A program made the translations under genes and the position numbers. This document shows positions 56,469 to 64,000 of a stretch of 64,000 bases of DNA, piece after piece (position 1 is the first letter of the stretch; every line of letters starts with the position of its first letter). The DNA is from an uncultured Candidatus Rokubacteria bacterium (GTDB taxonomy: Bacteria; Methylomirabilota; Methylomirabilia; Rokubacteriales; CSP1-6), in assembly GCA_963758635.1 (NCBI GenBank), contig CAVWWD010000008.1, positions 256,001-320,000 of the forward strand, given 5' to 3'. The notes below the pieces were generated by a model that worked only from the letters and a program-made list of their open reading frames with translations, did not search any database and was not told where the DNA came from.

Positions 56469-57100
56469 ACCCAGGTGTCGCGCCACCTGGCGCCCAGGTC
56501 CTGGATGGCCGCGGCCCAGCGCTCGAGGTCGGCGGGCGTGTAGCCCTCGTCGCGCAGGCGGAAGTACCCCCAGTCCGCGGTGGCGACCAGCGGCGTGTGC
56601 GACGTTCCCGTGTCGGCGATGCAGAGCGCGCAGCCGCCGCCGCGAAGCTGCTCGTACACGTCGTCGGCGAACCAGCTCTCGTTCCTGAACTCGAACGCGC
56701 AGCGGAGGCCGGCGGGCAGCAGCCCGAGCAGGTCGCCGAGGCGGCCGGTGTCCTTCTTGAAGTTCGGCGGGAGCTGGAAGAGCACGGGGCCGAGCTTGTC
56801 GCCGAGGCCGGCCGCGGTGTCGCAGAAGTAACGGAGCGGATCGCCCACGTCACGGAGCCGCGCGATGTGGGTGATGCGCTGGGGCGCCTTCAGGGTGAAC
56901 CGGAACCCGGCCGGCGTCTCCGCGTCCCACGCGGCCATGGTCTTCGCGTTGGGCATCCGGTAGAAGGTGTAGTTGATCTCCACCGTGGAGAACCGCTCCG
57001 CGTAGTACGGGAGCATCTTGCTCGTGGCGAACTTCTCGGGATAGAAGGTCCCGCGCCACTCGGGGTAGTTGTAGCCGGAGGTGCCGATGCGGACGGCCAT
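56390..57100 (-). CDS. DUF72 (YecE) family protein
   Basis: IGTSGY, TVEINYTFY, KAPQRITH, LFQLPP, AFEFRNESW, YFKHE. Confidence 0.93.
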   Translation of the reverse strand: MAVRIGTSGYNYPEWRGTFYPEKFATSKMLPYYAERFSTVEINYTFYRMPNAKTMAAWDAETPAGFRFTLKAPQRITHIARLRDVGDPLRYFCDTAAGLGDKLGPVLFQLPPNFKKDTGRLGDLLGLLPAGLRCAFEFRNESWFADDVYEQLRGGGCALCIADTGTSHTPLVATADWGYFRLRDEGYTPADLERWAAAIQDLGARWRDTWVYFKHEESGIGPAFARQLREMLPGAS

Positions 57101-57123
57101 CGCGGTCCATGATAGCGCGCGCC

Positions 57124-57211
57124 CCCTCAGGGCCCACGCGGCGGCATCGCACGAGGACGCTGAATCGCGGTGTTGCCCGCATGGTGAGGCCAAGATCCGC
57201 ATTTCTTCACA
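57124..57211 (+). repeat. Dispersed repeat family A, copy 5 (5' diverged)
   Basis: GACGCTGAATCGCGGTGTTGCCCGCA...GATCCGCATTTCTTCACA. Confidence 0.7.
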
Positions 57212-57437
57212 ACGTTACGGGAAGAAACATGCGCAGACCCGCGAGCATCGCGGCGACGAGGAGCGTCAGGCGGAAGGGTCTCACGGGGTCTCCGGTTCCC
57301 CGATGGTCGACCACGGGCCCCCGAGCATCCCTGTGATTTGTTTGGCGCCGGGCCGCGAGGCTCGACCGGGTGGCCCGCGCGCAACAGTTGACAAGTAGGG
57401 CCCGCTCCCGCTAGAAAGGCGCTGCTACGGAAGCGCC

Positions 57438-57794
57438 ATGATCAGCCGCCTTCTTCCCGCCCCCGGCCCGACCACCGCGGCGCGCATCCTCCGCGAGGTG
57501 TTCGGACAGGTCCGCGTGCCCTTCGCCTTTCGCCTGTGGGACGGGACCGAGGTACGCTTCGGCCATGACGCGCCGGCGTGCGTCGCCGTGATCAAGAGCC
57601 CCGAGGTCTTCATGGACCTGATGCGCGACCCCTCGCCCGGCCAGTTCGCCGAGGCCTACGTCGACGGGAGCATCGACCTCGAGGGCGACATCTTCCGGAC
57701 GATGACCGTGGCCAACGCCGTGGAGGCGGTGCGGGTGACGCCGCGCCAGCGGCTGCGCATCCTGGCCGCCCTGCTTCGGGGCCGCTCGTCATGA
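57438..57794 (+). CDS. Stand-alone N-terminal domain of CFA-synthase-like proteins
   Basis: FAFRLWDG...FAEAYVDGSIDLEGDI, the motif normally N-terminal in Cfa methyltransferases. Confidence 0.7.
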   Translation: MISRLLPAPGPTTAARILREVFGQVRVPFAFRLWDGTEVRFGHDAPACVAVIKSPEVFMDLMRDPSPGQFAEAYVDGSIDLEGDIFRTMTVANAVEAVRVTPRQRLRILAALLRGRSS

Positions 57795-58915
57795 CGCACG
57801 ACGTGGTCGTGGTGGGCGGCGGGCCGGGCGGCAGCACCGCGGCGTGGCGCCTCGCGCGGGCCGGCCTGCGGCCGCTCGTGCTGGACGCCGCCGTCTTCCC
57901 CCGCGTGAAGCTCTGCGCGGGCTGGGTGACGGCGGGCGCCCTCGCCGACCTCGAGATCGATCCCGAGAAGTATCCGCTCACCATCCAGCCGTTCTCGGCG
58001 TGCGCGGTGGCCTTCGAGCGCGGGCGCCACGAGACGCGGTGGCGGCGCCCGGCCAGCTACGGCATCATCCGCCGCGAGTTCGACCACTACCTGCTCGAGC
58101 GCGCGGCCGCCGCGGGCGCCGACGTGCGCTGGGGCGTGCGCGTGCAGAGCGTCGTGACGGGGGCGGGCGGGGCCGCCGTCGAGACCGAGCACGGGCGGTT
58201 CGAGGCGCCGGTGGTGATCGGCGCGGGCGGCCACCGGTGCCCGGTGGCGCGCGACCTCGGCGAGATCTCCGAGCGCGAGGAGGTCGTGGTCGCCCAGGAG
58301 AGCGAGACGCGCCTGCCGCCGGAGCGCCGCGCCGCGCTCGAGCCGTTCATGGGCGCGCCGGAGATCTACGTGGAGCCCGACCTGCGCGGCTACGGCTGGT
58401 GGTTCCCCAAGCAGGACTTCATCAACATCGGCATCGGCTGCACGGGCGGGCCCAGCGCGGGCCTCCGCGAGCGGCGCGAGGCCCTCCTGTCGGCGCTCCG
58501 CGCGTCGGGCCGGCTGCCCGCCGACCTGCCGATCGAGCCGTTCAAGGGCCACGCGTACGTGGTGCGGCGCCAGGCGCCGCGCCGCCTCGCCGGCGACGCC
58601 TTCTGCCTGGTCGGCGACGCGGCGGGGCTCGCGCGCGACCTGTCGGGCGAGGGCATCGGCCCCGCCATCAAGAGCGGGACGCTCGCCGCCGACGCGGCCC
58701 GGGCCCGCCTCGCGGGCGGCGCGTCGCTCGCCGACTACGCGCGCGAGGTGACGGCGCGCTACGGGGTGGGGGAGCGCGGCTGGGTCGGCCGGCAGGTCGC
58801 GAAGCTGCCCGAGGCGGTGACGCGCGCGGCGGTACGCGTCGTCCTGGGCTCGAGCGCCGCTCGGCGGCGCGTGGTGTTCGGCGCCATCTTCGGCATGCGG
58901 GAGGCGACATCATGA
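57791..58915 (+). CDS. Geranylgeranyl reductase-like FAD/NAD(P) oxidoreductase
   Basis: DVVVVGGGPGGS, FPRVKLCAG, IRREFDHYL, GYGWWFPK, LVGDAAG...GEGI. Confidence 0.88.
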   Translation: MTHDVVVVGGGPGGSTAAWRLARAGLRPLVLDAAVFPRVKLCAGWVTAGALADLEIDPEKYPLTIQPFSACAVAFERGRHETRWRRPASYGIIRREFDHYLLERAAAAGADVRWGVRVQSVVTGAGGAAVETEHGRFEAPVVIGAGGHRCPVARDLGEISEREEVVVAQESETRLPPERRAALEPFMGAPEIYVEPDLRGYGWWFPKQDFINIGIGCTGGPSAGLRERREALLSALRASGRLPADLPIEPFKGHAYVVRRQAPRRLAGDAFCLVGDAAGLARDLSGEGIGPAIKSGTLAADAARARLAGGASLADYAREVTARYGVGERGWVGRQVAKLPEAVTRAAVRVVLGSSAARRRVVFGAIFGMREATS

Positions 58916-59809
58916 GCCAGCGGGAGAAGAAGTGGCACGCGGAGTCGATCTCGCACCATTACAACGTCGGCAACGACTTCTACGCGCTGTTCCTCGACCC
59001 GCTGATGGTCTACACGTGCGCCTACTACCGCGACCCGGACGGCAAGCTCGAGCAGGCGCAGATGGACAAGCTCGACCTCGTGTGCCGGAAGCTCCGGCTC
59101 ACGCCCGGCGAGACCATGCTCGACATCGGCTGCGGCTGGGGCGCGCTGTCGATCTGGGCCGCCCAGCACTACGGCGTGCGCGCGCACGGCGTGACCCTCT
59201 CGCGCGAGCAGGCGGCGTGGGCGCAGGCGCGCATCCAGCGCGAGGGCCTGGCCGACCGCTGCGTGGTCGAGCACCGCGACTTCTGGGACGTGCCGCGTGA
59301 CGCGCGCTACGACAAGGTGGCGGCCATCGGCGTGATCGAGCACGTGGGGATCAAGAACTACCCCGCGTTCTTCGGCCGCATCCGCGAGCTGCTGCGCGAC
59401 GGGGGCTTCTACCTGAGCCACGGCATCAAGCACGAGTTTCACTGGAAGCGCACCAGCCAGACCGAGTTCCTCCTGCGCAACGTCTTCCCCAACGGCGACA
59501 TGGCGGGGGTGAGCGAGACGCTCACCGAGATGGAGCGCGCCGACTGGGAGATCGTGGACGTCGAGAACCTCCGGCTGCACTACGCGCGCACCTGCCGCCA
59601 CTGGGTCGAGCGGCTGACCGCGCGCGCGGACGAGGCGCGCGCGCTCGTGGGCGAGCGGACCTATCGCACCTGGCTCCTGTACCTGGCGTGCTCGGCCATG
59701 GCCTTCGAGGACGGCTCCATCGGCCTCTACCAGGCGCTCTTGCGCAAGCACCGGGATCTCCGCCGGCCCCACGACGCCCGGCACGCGCGAGGAGATCTAC
59801 GCCGGGTAG
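58912..59809 (+). CDS. Cyclopropane fatty acyl phospholipid synthase-like SAM methyltransferase (catalytic domain only; indel near 3' end)
   Basis: HHYNVGNDFY, YTCAYY, LDIGCGWG, GVTLS.EQ, IEHVG, VFPNG, ENLRLHYART. Confidence 0.9.
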
Positions 59810-59836
59810 GCCGGGGTCCGCGGTCCGGGCCCGCTG

Positions 59837-61742
<1,906 letters not shown>

Positions 61743-61817
61743 TGATCCGCACCTGGGCGGCCCGCGGCGTGGCGGAAGGTCGCGTCGGGTGCGACACTCT
61801 CGGCCAGGAGGCGACCC

Positions 61818-62575
61818 ATGAGAAACCGGATCAGGCTGACGATGGTGGCGCTCGTGGCATCTCTCGGGCTCGCCGGGCCGGCGGCGGCCGTCGAGTACCG
61901 GCTCAACGTGGTCAACCTGCACGAGGGCGCGTTCGCGTCCTTCCTGGGCGGCCGGGAGTGGTTCGACGGCGCGGCGGGCCCGGGCCTGAACCGCCTGGAG
62001 GCGAGCCTGGACCGGGGGACGTCGGCAAGGGGAACCTCCTCTATGACCGGCACGTCCATCCGGCGGCGGAGGCGACGGCCCGGGCCTGGGGCGCGACGCC
62101 GGTGCCCGTTGCCACCGTCACCATGGGCGGCATCGAGCGGCAGCTCTGGGACGAGATCCGCTGGGAAGGCCAGCCGGGCGAGCAGAGCGTCTGGCTCGTG
62201 CGTCCGACCAGCCGGCTCCCGCAGTACCTGGTCCGCACGGCGATCAAGGGCGCCGGCCCCATGCGCCAGTTCCAGCCCTACGCGGTGCCCGCGGGCGCGC
62301 GCGTCCCCGTGCTGCGCATGCCGCTCGCCTACATCGTCCACCGCGAGGAGGACGGCAGCCTCTGGCGGCGGGACGTGGCGTCACGGCTCGACCTCGGCAA
62401 CGGCATCGGCGTGGTGGTCGGCCTCAACGACAACGGCACCTTCCCCGACAGCGCCACGATCGTGGTGACCCAGGGCGCCGAGCCCACCACGTACAAGGCC
62501 GTGCTCGTCTGGCGGCTCCGCGGCACCGAGCAGCAAGCGCCCGGCGACGGGATCCGCCGCATCAACCACCGCTGA
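61818..62575 (+). CDS. Secreted hypothetical protein (indel near 62020)
   Basis: GGAGG RBS and signal peptide ending AAA; continues in another frame [11 protein letters not shown]...YKAVLVWR. Confidence 0.6.
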
Positions 62576-62609
62576 ACTCTCAGCTCACTCCTCCGGAGGA
62601 GACACGACC

Positions 62610-63383
62610 ATGCTGGACCTCGGGCTCACGGGCAAGGTGGCCATCGTCACGGGCGGCAGCGAAGGCCTCGGACGCGCGACGGCGGAGCGGCTGGCGCAGG
62701 AGGGCGTCCGAGTGTCGATCTGCGCTCGCAGAAAGGACGTGCTCGACCGCGCGGCCGACGAGATTCGCAAGGCCACGGGGGGCGACGTGCTCGCGCGGGC
62801 CGCCGACGTCTCGCGTCCCGAGGACGTGGAGGCGGTGGTGGCGGCGACGGTGGCGCAGTGGGGTGGCGTCGACATCCTCCTGAACAACGCGGGGACCTCC
62901 GCGGCGGGCGCGTTCGAGACCGTCGACGACCGCGCGTGGCAGGCCGACATCGACCTCAAGCTGATGGGGGCCATCCGCTTCTGCCGGCAGGTCATCCCGA
63001 TCATGAAGAAGCGGGGCGGGGGCCGCATCGTCAACGTGACCACGGTGGGCGGCAAGGCGCCGAACGCGCGGGGCGTGCCCACGAGCGTCACGCGCGCCGC
63101 CGGCATCAACCTCACCAAGTCGCTCGCCAACGAGTACGCCGCCGACAACATCCTGGTGAACACCATCTGCCTCGGGCTCGTGAAGAGCGCGCAGATCGCG
63201 CGGCGGGCCAAGGCGGGCGACCTCGAGGGCCACTACCGCGAGCTGGCCAAGCGCGTGCCGGTGGGCCGCGTCGCGGAGGCGAGCGAGTTCGCGGACCTGG
63301 TGGCGTTTCTCGTCTCCGCGCGCGCCGGATACATCACCGGCACCTCGGTCAACTTCGACGGCGGGCTCGGGCACACGGTATGA
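62610..63383 (+). CDS. SDR family oxidoreductase
   Basis: TGGSEGLG, NNAG, NFDGG. Confidence 0.9.
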   Translation: MLDLGLTGKVAIVTGGSEGLGRATAERLAQEGVRVSICARRKDVLDRAADEIRKATGGDVLARAADVSRPEDVEAVVAATVAQWGGVDILLNNAGTSAAGAFETVDDRAWQADIDLKLMGAIRFCRQVIPIMKKRGGGRIVNVTTVGGKAPNARGVPTSVTRAAGINLTKSLANEYAADNILVNTICLGLVKSAQIARRAKAGDLEGHYRELAKRVPVGRVAEASEFADLVAFLVSARAGYITGTSVNFDGGLGHTV

Positions 63384-64000
63384 AGAGCCGCCAGATCCTC
63401 CTCGCGTCCCGGCCCGCCGCGCTGCCCACGCCTGACAACTTCCGGATGGAGGAGGTGGACCTGCCCGAGCCCGGCCCCGGCGAGGCGCTCGTCCGCAACA
63501 CGTTCATGTCGGTCGACCCCTACATGCGGGGCCGGATGCGCGAGGGGCGCTCCTACGCGGCGCCGTGGGAGGTGGGCAAGCCCGCGGACGGGCGCGCGGT
63601 TGGCGTGGTCGTGCGCTCCGCCGATCCGCGTCTCGCGGCGGGCGATCGCGTGGCGAGCATGAACGGCTGGCGCGAGGCGTTCGTGGCCCGGGCCGAGACG
63701 CTCAACACGCTCGATCCCGCGCTGCCGCTCTCGGCGTATCTCGGCGTGCTCGGCGTCCCCGGGTTCACCGGCTGGTACGGCCTGAAGGAGATCGGCAAGC
63801 CGAAGGCCGGCGAGACGCTGGTGGTGTCGGGAGCGGCGGGGGCCACGGGGTCGCTGGTGGTGCAGCTCGGCAAGATCCTCGGCTGTCGCGTGGTGGGCAC
63901 CGCGGGCACCGAGGCCAAGTGCGCGTGGCTCACCAAGGAGCTGGGCGCGGACGTGGCCATCAACTACCGCACGGCCGGGGACCCCTACGAGGCCCTCCGC
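63380..64000 (+). CDS. NADP-dependent oxidoreductase (CurA/prostaglandin reductase-like), 3' truncated
   Basis: MKSRQILLASRP, MSVDPYMRGRM, LGVLGVPGFTGWYGL, VSGAAGATGS. Confidence 0.9.
   Translation, partial: MKSRQILLASRPAALPTPDNFRMEEVDLPEPGPGEALVRNTFMSVDPYMRGRMREGRSYAAPWEVGKPADGRAVGVVVRSADPRLAAGDRVASMNGWREAFVARAETLNTLDPALPLSAYLGVLGVPGFTGWYGLKEIGKPKAGETLVVSGAAGATGSLVVQLGKILGCRVVGTAGTEAKCAWLTKELGADVAINYRTAGDPYEALR

Overview
GC-rich, gene-dense bacterial chromosome segment with about 60 CDS. The abundance of LLM, SDR and substrate-binding genes and multi-GAF kinases resembles Candidatus Rokubacteria/Methylomirabilota, but that is an inference, not proven from the sequence. In order, the window holds: redox genes and a tartrate/D-malate dehydrogenase; two convergent vapBC-type loci; an ~11 kb minus-strand signalling cassette (two transporter-less binding proteins, a Cache-HAMP-4xGAF hybrid kinase, a stand-alone REC, a REC-class III cyclase with altered catalytic residues, REC-PP2C, anti-sigma, STAS); an orphan molybdoenzyme; acyl-CoA/redox catabolic genes; 3-hydroxyanthranilate dioxygenase preceded by a chain of ATGA-coupled mini-ORFs; a nitrile hydratase alpha/beta pair with the non-canonical metal motif CTQCSCT; an ATP-dependent ligase; thiolase/DUF35; a sugar ABC cluster; divergent Ku and LigD; a DUF4129-MoxR-DUF58 cassette; and a split CFA-synthase-like methyltransferase interrupted by a geranylgeranyl-reductase-like flavoprotein (candidate methyl-branched lipid pathway). 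Two families of short dispersed repeats (5 copies of ~89 bp, 2 copies of ~83 bp) and several hairpins and tandem duplications lie between genes. Roughly 15 genes carry 1-2 nt indels, most simply explained as long-read consensus errors. No rRNA, tRNA, CRISPR array or transposase was recognised.
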